From Sphaerodactylus townsendi (taxonomy: Eukaryota), in the NCBI RefSeq assembly GCF_021028975.2, contig NC_059430.1, positions 74,524,001 to 74,588,000 on the forward strand: DNA of 64,000 bases. Direction: 5' to 3'. The notes under the pieces are model-generated. The model worked only from the letters and a program-made list of their open reading frames with translations, was not told where the DNA came from and searched no databases. Below are positions 25,897 to 38,479 of the stretch, in pieces (positions within the stretch are counted from its first letter, which is position 1; each line of letters opens with the position of its first letter). The position numbers and the translations under genes are program-made.

Positions 25897-26115
25897 TACA
25901 TTTGCCAACCTCCACGTGAGACATGGCAATCTCCTGGAATTACAGCTGATCTCTATATGACAGAGGTCAGCTCCCCTTAAGAAAATAGCTGCTTTGGAGG
26001 ATGGACACTATGTCATTATATCTGGCAGAGGTTCCTCTTCAAATCACACCCTCTCCAGGTTCCACCTCCAAATCTCCAGGAATTTCCTAACTTGGAGCTG
26101 GCTGTGGAAACCCTA
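25897..26115 (+). mobile_element. hAT-Blackjack-like MITE
   Basis: ttgccaacctcca...ggaaacccta termini and the shared body motif. Confidence 0.6.
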
Positions 26116-27148
26116 GGTGAGACAGATAATTGGAACTATTTAAGTTCACAGAAGGAAACAAAACGATGAGTAGACAGAAAAAGAAGATGTGAACTAAAGC
26201 AGTGGCATTGGTATAACATTTAGGAAGAACCGCTAAGACTTTGCAGAGGATGGGATGGCACTGAGTTAACTGAAGTATGCACATTCCAGATTGTTTTTGG
26301 GGGGGAGGGGAATGAGGAGGAACTATGTAGTGCTCTGACATTGTGACATTGCTTCCAGTGCAACCCTAAGAGTGACATTATCAAATTGGTGAGATCTCAC
26401 AGACTCCTCCAAAATTCTGTGGTAAACACGTAGCATTTGTGGGTAATAGTAGAGTGTCATGGGAATGTGATGGCATAATTTATGGGGCTATTCCAGAAGC
26501 AATGTCATGGCATTAGAACAATATGCATTTACATATCCTTAAATACCTCCCAATGGTTGCCAGTGATTGGCTGGTAATTCTATCTACTGCTAAAAGACAG
26601 AGAGTTGGAGAAGTGACAGCTTTCTAAGAGTCTGGTTAATGTAACTACAGCTGATGAAAGAACGGTTTAATCCACTATGGTACATTCTGTAGTGTTTAAG
26701 ATTTATTGAAGGTTTTCTCTTGCAGTTCAGCCTGCCTTTTGCTGTTTTTCTCTCTTTATTATGTGTTAGTGTGTTGTACTCTAGAGGTCTCTTTGGTGTA
26801 TTAGTGGCCTGCAGTCAGTAATTGCCTTCTCCAAACAATGTTGCAGTAAAAATAATTGAAAGCCAACTCCCAAGTGTGGAATTAGATTATTTCTCAAACT
26901 CTGCCAACACAGAATGGGAACATTTAAATGACATCTTGGTTTCTTCCATGGCTTGGTTCTGCCCCATTCTAGAAGGAATATGCCAAAGGCAATAGTTATC
27001 AAGAGACCTAAAATAACACTATAGGAAGAATGAAAAAAAAATTCCATCCCCTCTGACTCAACATTTTTTTTGCCATCAAGTTACACCTGACTTAAGGTGA
27101 CCTCATAAAGTTTTCAAGGCAAGAGAGGTTCAGAGGTGGTTGGCTATT

Positions 27149-27677
27149 GCCCTGACCTGGATACCCCAGGCTAGCATGATTTTATCAGTTCTCAAAAGCT
27201 AAGCAAGTAAGGTTGCCAGACCCTTGCCAGAGGTGAAGGATTCCCTGCTTTGAGCCCCCTCTCCCTGGCACCATCCAGCTGGCTGGGGAGGGAGTCTTAC
27301 CAAGCATAAAGTGAGTCCTAGGCCCCAATGTTGCCAGTGTGATGATGTCACTTCCTGCAAGTGATGTCACTGACAAGGCAAAATTTGATGGTAAAGCAGT
27401 TTATACCATAAAGTTTTTGCCCAAATACCATCTTCCTTGCCATAAGTGATATGATACTGTCACTTCTGATAGTGGCATCATCATGCCACAAGCGGTACCT
27501 GGCAACACCATAAGCAAAATCAGCCTTGGTTAGTATTTGGATGGGCAACCTCCAAGGAATATGAGGGTTGTGATGCAGAGGCAGGCAATGGCAAGCCACC
27601 TTTGAGTATCTCTTGCCTTGAAAGCCTTGTAAGATCGCCATAAATCAGATGTGACTTGAAGGCACGCCAAAAAAAAA
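27149..27677 (+). mobile_element. 5S rRNA-derived SINE (SINE3) with RTE-like tail, split by a MITE
   Basis: 5S-like head ...aagctaagcaa[insert]...cagccttggttagtatttggatggg; tail ggcaatggcaagccacc...gacttgaaggcac followed by an A run. Confidence 0.7.
27208..27510. mobile_element. hAT-Blackjack-like MITE nested in the SINE3
   Basis: Termini taaggttgcca...tggcaacacca; TSD taagcaag/taagcaaa. Confidence 0.7.
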
Positions 27678-27781
27678 TGGTAACATAAGGTGCTGCAGTA
27701 CACAGTCCCTTAGGTATTGGGTATAATTGCAATTTTCTATCAGGAAATGAAAACATTCTTACTAACTCAACTAGGCCACAC

Positions 27782-27850
27782 TTATTTATTTATTAGTTAA
27801 ATTTAGTATACCGCCCACTCCCAAAGGGCTCTGGGCGGTGTACAATATAC
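27782..27850 (-). mobile_element. L2-type 3' terminal stem-loop and tail
   Basis: ttatttatt tail plus ataccgccc...gggcggtgtaca hairpin; similar copy at 56676-56750. Confidence 0.6.
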
Positions 27851-27911
27851 ATATTTAAAAACGGTGCAATTTAAAACTAATAATCATGACCTAAAACCCA
27901 TAAATGAAATT

Positions 27912-28085
27912 TATGGGTTTTACGGCTGTGTTCCAGTAGCATTTTCTCCTGAGGTTTTGCCTGCATCTGTGGCTGGTATCTTCAGAGGATCCTTTCTTCA
28001 GAGGATCCTTCAGAGGATGCAGGTGAAACAACAGGAGAACTGGAACACGGCCATACAACCCGGAAAACCCACAACACCCTAGTGT
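27912..28085. mobile_element. Penelope-like inverted-repeat remnant
   Basis: Arms homologous to 43710-43959; the centre has three copies of cttcagaggat. Confidence 0.75.
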
Positions 28086-29619
28086 TTCTCATTTGTTTTT
28101 AAGTAACGAAGAATGCATCAGAGAAGGGGTTTTTAAGCTTCTAGTGATTATCATCTTGAAAAGTAATATGGCCAGGTCACCAACTAAGCAGGAATTGCAT
28201 TTAGATCACAATACGGAGGAGCCTAACTCCTTGTGATCAGTTTGGACCAATGCTGTTCACCACAGGCATAAACACATCTTGTTTGCCATTCTTACTATCC
28301 CTTCCTCTTTCCTGAAATGGGTTGAGAATTCCAGTTCAGGAGAGGAAACAACCTTCATCTGGTCACTGCATCTTCTTCCAGACATCATGGGAAATAGGCT
28401 TTTGATTTGAGGCTTTCCAAATCAGGAAGATTCGCACTGTGGTAGGGGAGGGAGAGAGAGGAAGGAATTATGTGAACACAACAAAAATGTGTGATTGTTC
28501 TAGTCATTAACAAAATATGTTTGTACTTACTTCTGAAAGCATCCACAGGGAACCTAGCAGTGTGGGTTCGCTTGTAGTTTCATTGGAGAAACTTGAACCA
28601 TCGTTTCATAACCTGGGAAACCTTACATTTATTTAGCATTTTCTGGAAGAGAAGCAAGCCTGGCACGAAACTTTATACCTATATCTTTCTCTTATTGGAG
28701 GGAGAAGGTAACAAATTATTGTATATTATTCAGTTTTGAAGCTGAGTTATACTGACTGCCAGCAGCTCCCTTAGGTCTCTCAGGCAGAGGTCTTTTCCAG
28801 CCTAACTAGCAACAATATCACTGGGAACCTTCTGCAGGCAAAACATGCTGGATCATTTACCTATGGTCTAACTTCTCTAGTATCTTCCTGATAATAATGA
28901 ACACTGCTTCCAAGAGCAGCCTTAGCCAATGCGTAAGAGAAGTAGTTGCTCTGGCCTTCACACTTGAAGGCCCCCCCAACCAACAAAATCCCCCAACAAG
29001 TGAAGTCAGTCAGGTGAGAAAGTTAGAAATCTGTGTAAGATTTCATTGTTAAACACCACATTCAAGTAAACATGGCCAAATCATGTGCTAAGATTAGTTT
29101 CTGAGAACAGTGAATCGGAGGAGGAGCAGGGATGCTGGGAGCCAAAGACTCATACTGAATGGAGATTTCTCACAGGAAACTAACAGGCCTGGCATCTATA
29201 AACCCCTGGCATGTTAAAATTAGTTTCAACACCAGTCAGCCAAATTCATGTAATTTTTGAAAGCGGTACTTACTAGCAGCTGAAGATTGGGTGGATAACA
29301 TAAATTCACCTAATGATTCAAGTTCATCTGCCCATATGTGTCTATTCGTTAATTATACTTTTCCCTAAGAAGGCAATTAGCAGGCCTGTGTTTACTGGCT
29401 TGGTGTCGCTGGGAGGTATTTTACTGAAATCCTTCTCTGGCCCTCCTGAAACAGGGTACAGCATATACATGCGCTACGTGCTATACACTTTGAAAATCAA
29501 GAAGCAGATTTCAAGCACAGGCTTGTGTAATGCTGCTCTGTGCTTAGATCAACCACCCATGTTCTTTCTACATAATGCTTGCTGCTCTTCCCATGTCCTG
29601 GTGAATTAAGGGCTACAAA

Positions 29620-30480
29620 ATTGAGCAGGTCAAATATTTCCGATACCTTGACATTTACTATAGGTATAATTTGTCATGGTCCTCACAGCGACTAGCAGTA
29701 ACTACCTCGGCACATACCAACATGACAGCAATATATCGCTTTTTTATAGTAAAGGCAATCAATACATTCCTGCGGCTTTGAAGGTTTTTGAGGCTAGGAT
29801 TGGCTCCTTGCTACTGTACGGTTCCCCCATTTGGATTTCGGCAATAAATAAATCATTTAATTTATTACATTCCAAATTCCTAGCCGAGGAAACTAATGGG
29901 GCTCCCTAGATGTGTGCCTTATGCTGCGTTGTGCATTGAGATGGGCCAAACAACTCTAGAAACCTTGGCATGGATAAGGGCCATAAAATATTGGCTGCAT
30001 ATACATTGGGATCCAATAGCTATATTCCCTCTCTGTTATCAGATCACTTTATTTCAGAATGGTATACTTTGATCTTTAGAAAGGTTGAAGCCATTGGTTT
30101 CCCCTTATGCTCACAAAAGTGGAAGCCTTCAGACTAGTTAAGAATAGGCTCTTGGATCTTGATTTTCATAATTTGACCCGTGCTGCCAAGACAACCTGTT
30201 CTCCGACTACATTATTAATCCCATGCGAGCGTGGAATTATGGCGGCATATCTTCGTCTGCTGATAAATCCCACCCAGAGGAGAGCCTTGGCTACTGCAAG
30301 ATGTAATGTGCTGCCATCAGCTCTGCTGGAGGGAAGATTTAAGAATATGGAACGTTCTAAAAGAGTTTGTTCATGTGATAGGGTTTTCCATTTTGTTTGT
30401 TCATGTGATATAAGTTTTCCATTTTGTTTCCAAATATACACTTTTTCCTGTTCCTGTTCTGCTTAGAGATATATTCTATC
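29620..30480 (+). mobile_element. Non-LTR retrotransposon 3' remnant (RTE-X-like)
   Basis: Degenerate translations LLLYGSPIW, LMGLPRCVPYAALCIEMG, ARCNVLPSALLEGRF..RVCSC. Confidence 0.6.
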
Positions 30481-32023
30481 GTACCAAATTGCTCTAATCA
30501 AAGGCATTGATTTGTAAAAAAAAAAAAAAGTAGGTCACTCAGCATTATCAGCCTTCTTGGCCACAAATACGTTTTTCTGGGTAGTTTCAAAAACCGCATG
30601 CTGAGCTGTTGCATGTGATTAAGAGTTCTGAATAAATAATGACAGCTTGCATTCAGCAGTTCAGATTCTACTGCTTTATGTCTAACAGTAAAATAATCTC
30701 TATAATGGTGATTAGATTATGCAGTCATAGAATAGAAACATAAGGCATTTACCCATACTGAGGCCAATAACATTCATAATAAGGAGCAAGCAACTGTGAA
30801 TTGCAGGTCTTCAATTCAGTTGTATCTGAAGCCACAAGACACCACTTAAGCAGTGTGAGTAGTTGCTGAAGCCACTTAATAAAATTATGGGTTCATCACA
30901 GAAAAAAATTCTTTTGTTCAGAAACCAATAGATCTAATGTGCTTTCCTGTTTTTTCCAATCTATCTCCATCAATGATTTTCTCCAAACTCCTACAAAATT
31001 TCTTCTTTCCGTTCCTGTGTAACTGATTGGGTCCTGATTTTCACTGCTGCTTTCCTTGTAGTGGGGTGGATCCATGCAGCTTTTCCATTCAATCTTGCCC
31101 AGTTCCTTTCCTTACTGCATTCCAGATCCCAAGTGGCTTTTGTCAATGCAAGTTGCACAATCCTGAGTACAACCCCTTCCCTCCCTTTTTTATCAACAGA
31201 AAACTGGTGGGATCCAACCTACTGCTTCCCTTGTCTATTGTGATAACTTAGGGATGTTACCCAATTTAACAAGTCCATTGTTTCCACTTGAAAATCCCTC
31301 ATGTAAATCAGACCTGGATTTTTTTTCTTCTATAGCTACATGTTTCTCATTTAATGTACTCAAGATTATTTTTGCACCTATACATTAAAAAGGGTATATG
31401 CATGTCATTAAAATGGTGTCAAGGAAACAAATTAGGCAAGAATACAAGCAGTGAAAAAGTGAAATGAAAAGTTTTACAACTTCTATCCTTTCATCTCCTA
31501 GAACACAATAAATTGATTTTGTTTATCAATAGCTTACTATTCAGCTAATAGGCTGGCATTCTGTCTCACAGTAATTCAGCACAGGTCAGAGGGACAAGAT
31601 GGTAGAGATACATGGGCATGTGTAAGTCAGTTTCTTTGGAGGCCCCAATTGCTAGGCCCCAATTGCTTTCTTCCTGAGAGAGGTCTCAACAGTAGATGCC
31701 AGATGAAGGTGGACATGGCAACCCTTTTGATGAGCTACAGCACTTCTAGCCCTTAGCAGCTGATAACACACTCCAGGCTTTTATGTATAAGAACATATGA
31801 CACTGTTACGCAGTTATCTTGGCATTTTTTGTTGTCCAGGAATGGAGATTTACCCATCTCCAACTAGTGGGTTCTCTGGTGTTTCCCCAGCTGAGCAGCA
31901 GTCAAAGTGGGCCATACCATGGCAAAAAGTGGATTGGACCATGTGTTTTCTGAAAGGGCCAGGTGGGAGGTCAATTGTGTTGAGACCAACAGATTGCTCC
32001 CAGAAGTTCAGGTCAGGCAATAG

Positions 32024-32290
32024 TAGGGTTGTGAGGTCCCCTCTGGCCACCAGAGGAGGATGCCAGCTCCAGGTTGGCAAACTCTTGGAGCTCCAGGTTG
32101 GCAAACTCTTGGAGATTTGGGAGTACAGCCTGGAGAGATTTGGAAGTACAGCCTGGAGAGGACAGAAACTTCAGTTGGGTACAATGCCACAGAGTCCACC
32201 TTCCAAAGTATCCATTTTCTCCAGGGGAAGTGATCTCTATAGATTGGAGATAACTTGTAATTCTGGGTGATTCCCAGGTCTCTAGGAGAT
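32024..32290 (-). mobile_element. hAT-Blackjack-like MITE
   Basis: Reverse complement of the family body (ccattttctccaggggaagtgatctcta...ttgtaattc). Confidence 0.6.
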
Positions 32291-33539
32291 GCTCAGGAAA
32301 AAAGAGGTTACAGATGAGGAAGCCTCCCCACCCTTTCGGTTGAGCTTGCAGGGAATATGAGATAGGCCAAGGCCAAAAAGCAGACAGGAGAATGGCTGCT
32401 ACCCGCTGACGTCCACCCTGACAAGCTATAAAACAGAGATGGGTCTTTTCTGACACCTGGATTGGACCCTGGACCTTCTGCATACAATAGGAGCTCTGCT
32501 ATTGAGCCATATAACCTCCCACTCCATTTAGGACTGTTTGTCACTATTTGTTAGTTTTCTTTCACAATCTGCCTTCATTTCCAAGAAACTTGGCTACTCT
32601 AAACTGATTAACCTATTCAGTTTGGGCCCCAGGAATTTTTCTGTCCAACTCTCCAAATTCCAGACTGCTGACAGAATAAACAGTTCTAGCCTTTATTTGT
32701 CAGAACTCAGAAAAAGGGATCCAGCAATTTAATGTCTTTCATGAGTCTTTAATAAAAGACTTATTTAATAAAAGATTTATTTTCCTTTTAATGCTTTTTC
32801 AAGCCTATATTAAATTTGATAAATAAATAAAATAATGCAAAGTTGCTGCAAGGCTTCCTGTTTTATCCCTGGCCCACCTAATGCTCAATTTAACACTGTC
32901 CAAATGGGTCTATAGTGTTCTATGTGGATTTCACCACTATGACTCTCATAACTGGAAGATTCAAAGGCTTTTTACATCCACACTTGAGTATGATTCAACT
33001 CAGCCTGGAAAGGCTGTCTGAAGTGTATCCTTCTTCAATGGCCTGACTGTGAGCTCATTGAAATTTGCAGAAGAATTTCCATCAAACTGAATAAGCCTTG
33101 GAGCAGATCCTCTTGGTTCATGGAAGACCTCTATAATTTATTGTGAGCTCAGTAATACTCCCTTCATAGTTAAGGAGCTGGCACTGCCAAACATTAAGGG
33201 CACACACAATTAGGCTGTCTTTCCTGCTTTGTAAACCCTTGCCTTCTGCTTGCCAACCATTGGATGTCTTTTATTCAGCACATGGAATAGGCCAGCACCC
33301 ATTGGCTTCTCCTAAGAAGATCCACCAGTCTGTACAATCACTAAGAGGGTTTAAAAAAAGAGGGAGAGAGGCTGTTCATTTCTTCATCTAAGGAAGAGAA
33401 ACCTCTAAATGGAAATGTCACCTGGATTTATCAGGCAATTTGAGTCGTTGTTGAATCTGAAAGACTACTGTTGCTTTCTGAAGGCTTCAGCATGTCTATC
33501 AAGCCTGCCAGACTGAAAAATGGAACTGTACTAACTCTC

Positions 33540-34326
33540 TCAATACAAAGATACAGGGTTGAAGCAAAATTGTGACAGAGTTTTATGACAGCATTTGTGC
33601 CTATGAGAAACCAATTTGGTTCATTTCCCCACCATGAAATATCTATTTAGTGATCATATATCCAGAGAAGTACTGGGATATAATTGCAGAACTGAGAAAT
33701 GAATCCCAAGAAAGGTTTTGTGCCTTCAGAAACTTACACAGAGATTTGGAATTTTTTGTAATCCATTTTCTCTTGGTGTCCATGAGATCCCAAATAAGCT
33801 CCAGATGCAAATAATTGATCTGTAGTACGAGGCTGCACTCTAGGATAGATTTTCTGATGTTAACATTAGCAAATTTTACCAATTTTGGAGTCCAAATTAC
33901 TCCAGCCTAAGGCTTTGTGGCTAAATTTGTCTGTGTTTGGACAACATATATGTGTGAACAGCTGTTTTCTGTAATGAATGTTAATAAATCACAAGTAAGT
34001 TCTCAGCTTCCAGAGACACATTTGAACAACATAGTCAAACTTGCTACTGTACAGACTCTTACTCCATATTTTGATGTAGTAATTCAGAGCAAGAGGTATC
34101 AATTATTAAAGACTGTTAAATAAAAGAAAATACTGCGAGAATGTCGTTTTAAGCATTTTTATATTTTAAATAAAAAATAGTATAATTGACTGGCTTTGCC
34201 TATGTCTGCTATAAAGTTTGCATCTCCAGTACCTGACGTTACATTTCATGGTATATGTGGTCCGTTTGGTCCAAGTGACATTAATGTCATATACGGCTCT
34301 TGTAACAAATGAGTTTGACACCTCTG
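33540..34326 (+). mobile_element. Decayed hAT-Charlie (SPIN/GTF2IRD2-like) transposase 3' part with right TIR
   Basis: TTYMCEQLFSVMNVNKS...QL.ETHL..IVKLAT.QTLTP.FD dimerisation-domain signature; terminal gagtttgacacctctg; many stop codons. Confidence 0.75.
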
Positions 34327-34454
34327 CTATATACTTGCAGTTAGGCCTGCTGTGTAAGAATAGCTGATCAAGCAGGGATGGAACATTCTGCAGAAGCTGA
34401 TGTATTTATTTTCTTTTGGTCCACAAATGACACATAGTGGAATGGTATGTGGTA

Positions 34455-34850
34455 TTCAAACTCCACATGGAGTTCTGAGATGGTGCAGAGTTGAACACTG
34501 GGCTCTGCACTGCTTCTGAATGCCATGTGGACTTTGGAGGTGGCAGTGCAGAGCTGAATGTGGGCTCAGCCAGGCCAGGTCCAGCATTCAGCTCTGCACT
34601 GCTGCCTCTGAACTCTATGTGGACTTTGGATGAGGCTGAGAGCTGAATGCTAGACCCAGTTGGGCTGAGCCCAGCATTCAGCTCTGCACCACCACTGGGC
34701 TCAGCCTAACTGGGTCCAGCATTTAGTTCTGCACCACTGCTTCCAAATTCCACATGGACATTGGAGATGATGCAGAATTGAATGCTGGGCTTGCTCTGGC
34801 CGGGTCCAGCACCCTGCTCTTTGCTGCCATCTCCAAACTCCACTTGGGTC
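34455..34850. repeat. Array of alternating inverted units (gctgaatgctgg / ccagcattcagc)
   Basis: Repeated gtgcagagctgaatg..gg and ccagcattcagctctgcac in alternating orientation. Confidence 0.65.
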
Positions 34851-35004
34851 TCAAAGGCAGCAGGCTGTGTGTGTTCAGACTTACAAAGCAAACCTATGGG
34901 GAGTACCTCTCTTCTAAGCCCACTGTATTCAATAGACTTTTTTAAAGCTCAACTATGTTTAGGATAGCATTGAAAGTATATAATCCAAATAATACCTTCC
35001 TAGA

Positions 35005-35578
35005 GGCCGTATCTGCACGGCCGTTGTACGACGGCCTGGGGGCGCCAAAAAAGGCGCCCCCAGGCCGCCGTTCGCACAGGCGCCGCTGCTGCAACGCAGC
35101 AGCGGCGACCTGAATGCGCTTCCCTCCCCGCAGGGCGGCCTCAGGCCGTTTCCGCTACCCGACCAAAAGCAGCGACGCGATGACGTCGCAAATTGCGACG
35201 CATCCCAAAAAAAGCGTTCACACAGACAGGCGGAGCTGCGGGCGTCCGCAGCCCCGCAGAAATGTGACGGTTCGCACGGAAGCGCTGCGGAAGCGGCGTC
35301 TCGCGACGTTGCGCCTGCGCACTGGCGAAGCCGTGCAGGCCCGACGCCATTTGTGACGACAGCTCCGTGGCGGCTGTTCGCACGAGTGCGGCGTCGATGC
35401 GTCACATGGGGAAAAAGAGTGGTTTTAAGCGTTTTCTGCATACACCGTCTTCGCGCCGGTTTAGCGTTTTCGCGACGGCGCGACTGCGCACCTCCGCCGC
35501 TGCGCGTGCGAACGCTCTCGCTCTGACGCTTCTTTTTCCGTTGCGACGACGTCATATTTTGCCCGTGCGGAAACGGCC
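35005..35578. mobile_element. PIF/Harbinger-type MITE, CpG-dense subfamily B
   Basis: TIRs ggccgtatctgcacgg...ccgtgcggaaacggcc; TSD aga/tga; first ~90 nt related to subfamily A, interior different. Confidence 0.8.
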
Positions 35579-37899
35579 TGAGATTTACTTCTGCCCCCTT
35601 AACACACAAGTAGGGATTCATCATCAAAACCAAAATACATTCTGAAACAAACTCGTCAGTGTTGTACACTTGAAAGAATCCTGTCCATCCATCACAGCCA
35701 GCATCCTTAGAATGTACCAAATTAGTCATAAGTCCATCACTATAAATGACAGAATTTATTATTCAATTATTGTTTTATTTTTAATATACAGTACAAAACA
35801 AAAACAAACAGTATACAGTATATAAAGTACAATCCTTCCTTCTAACTCATAGGAGTGGTATGGAACAAAATGGTGTAGATCTTTTGTCATTTATCAGAAT
35901 TAAAACAAAACAATGGATTGAACCCTGCTCCATTCGAATCTGAAGAAGCCTATTGTCCTTAAACTCAGTATGATGTGGATTACACTCTGTGTAAATAATC
36001 CTGTCCACTGTTGTCTGCCAGCATGCATATTTAATGAACTCAAATGGAACAACTTAAATGGTGACAGAAGGTAGCTGGGTGTTTCAGCTTAAACACAAAA
36101 GGAAAAATACATCCAAATAAGTTTTAATACTTAACTAGTAGTCACCCTGCATTGAATTTATATTCCAGCCATTTGATATTATTCATGCAATTTGTTAAAT
36201 TCAGAATTCATTACTTAGCTTACTTATGCTGATAGGTTGTTAGATACCGGATGTGCAAATTACATTGATAAAGCATACCGTGTATGTAAAGGGAGAGCTT
36301 TCACAAATAAGTTGAACTTTCCTTCTGTGCAGCTTGAAATTGGATATCCCCCAATATACAGAGAACACAATATTCTCTAATTACAGAACTTAATTGTCTC
36401 CCAAACTCGAGGATTGGATATCCAAACACTTATGAATTCTTTATGTATGGTTGTTTTAAAGTTCTTGAGTTTTAGATAGGCCTGGAAAGCAACATTATTA
36501 ATCATCTCACCCTCTAATAGTCTGTGCAACCCCACAGTTTGCAAAACTCTCTTTCTTGCTGTTGGCCCCAAAATTTAGCTCATTGTCATTCAAAGAGCAC
36601 ATGCACTTAGGAATAGGCTCAGTGGAAATTAATGTCTGCATTTCCAAGTGGTCATGTTAAAACTGAGGTATGAGTTTGCTTCTTACTGTTGCACATGGAG
36701 GGTATCCTTGTATATGCTGTATCTGTGACCTTGTTGCATAAGAGAACATCTATCAACACTGTGTCAGTTCAGGTGAGACCACTGTATGGGATCTAGTACT
36801 AAGGATGGCCTTTCCCTCTTAATGTTAGTTTTGCTTTTTTATATCAAGCCTTTTCTCATACTGAAGAGAATTCATTATGTCCACTCTCCATACACCTTCC
36901 CTGAGTTTTAAGCAAATTACAAATTAATTAACAGCATAATCTCAGGCAAAGTTATACCTACCTAAGCCCATTAACTTCAATGGTCTTATAGTGGTGCTAT
37001 TTCTGCTTAGTGGTGCTATTTCTGTGAAAGAATAAAGAGAAAGCCATCTTTCATTTAACTAGCAACTGACTCATTTGTGTTTATAGTTATTTGTATACAG
37101 TTTTCAGCCACTAATAAAATTTGTTCACAATATAAAAACTTGTTGATACAAGTATAATGATGAAATCCTTTTGCGGTACCTACAAACTGGAGGATGCTTT
37201 CTGAGAGAACCTCTAAAGCAAAACAAGCTGAGCCTTCTTCTAAGTGATTTGTCTTCAGGAGAACAGGACAATAGTGTCAAATGGATCCAAGATGATGGTC
37301 AACTGCTGCTGCTCCTGGTAGTACTGTCCCAAAACATCATTTGTACCAACTCTTAGGGACAAAGTGGATGCAGGAGTTCTTCATAGCCCTCTGCCTCAGT
37401 CCTTCAGATAGTCCTTTCACCTTGATACTGTGGCAAGAACACATATACCTTAGAATAAGTAGCCATGAGGGGAAAATGAATCAGGATGGCAAAGCCACAG
37501 AAGGAAGGTTAAAGCCCTTCCTTGACCTTTACCGGTTGAAACTAAGCCTTCCAGGCTGCCTTTATGCTGGTAGGGGGAAAAACATGAGAGTCTTCTCTCT
37601 GTTGATCTTTCCCCCCAACCTAAACTAGTTATCAGGGAAATGGCTTGTGAAAACAAATTAGCCCCCTCTTGCTCAGCCACCAGAGCCCTGATCCATCATA
37701 GGAAGTCTGGCAACCAGCTTTTACAAACTTAACAACTGAACAGGGGATCGGATCATGGATGCCCAGCATAGCATATAGGTTCATCCTAAGTACACTATAC
37801 TTGGATAGATTGACTAAAACCAGGATGGCTAATCAACTAAAAACCTTTTGCCCATTTTATTCCAGTGGTATATGCTCAAAGAGAAAAAAAATCTTGGTA

Positions 37900-38015
37900 A
37901 GTGTGGATTTTCTGAGATGTGTGGTCATGGTATGGTAGTTTTGCTCCTACCAGACCATGACCACACAGTCTAGAAAACCCACAATAGCCAGTTGCTTCCA
38001 GCCATAAAATTCTTT
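37900..38015. mobile_element. Penelope-like inverted-repeat remnant, tail interrupted by a MITE
   Basis: gtggattttct...gtgtggtcatggt / accatgaccacac...agaaaacccac; the tail resumes as gataatacat after 38482. Confidence 0.55.
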
Positions 38016-38479
38016 GGTCCTTTCCGCACGGCAGAAAGGGCACCTCTCCACCGGCAGAAATTATGCCGGTGAACGGGAGGGAGCCATTCGCACCGGAGCG
38101 TGCGAGCGGCCCCAACAGAGGCCAGCGCAGAAGAGGCGGCTCCGCATGGAGCCGCCTCTTCTGGATCCCCCCTCCCACTCACCTCGTCCTCAAGCATCAG
38201 TCTGGAGGGCTGCAGGGACTTGCCCACGCTGCCCTCCGACCTCCAGGGGTTGGAGGACAGCGTGGGCGGGTCTCAGCAGCCCTCCAGACTGACGCTGGAG
38301 GACGAGGTGAGTGTGGGGAACGGGAAAGAAGCGTCTTCCCACCTCGGGAAGGGAGGTGCTCAGGGCCGCACAGGACGGTGCTGCTGCATTGCAGTGGTGG
38401 CGCCTGTGCGAACAGCACCCCAGGGACCAGTGTTTTTCTGTCCCTGGGCCGCTGTTTTTGGCCCCGTGCGGAAAGGGCC
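38016..38479. mobile_element. PIF/Harbinger-type MITE, subfamily C
   Basis: TIRs ggtcctttccgcacgg...ccgtgcggaaagggcc; TSD ttt/ttt; internal inverted repeat. Confidence 0.85.

Noticed and set aside
35005-35578. Apparent host CpG-island promoter or bacterial contamination
   Set aside because: Bounded by family TIRs and a 3-bp TSD, so it is a MITE.
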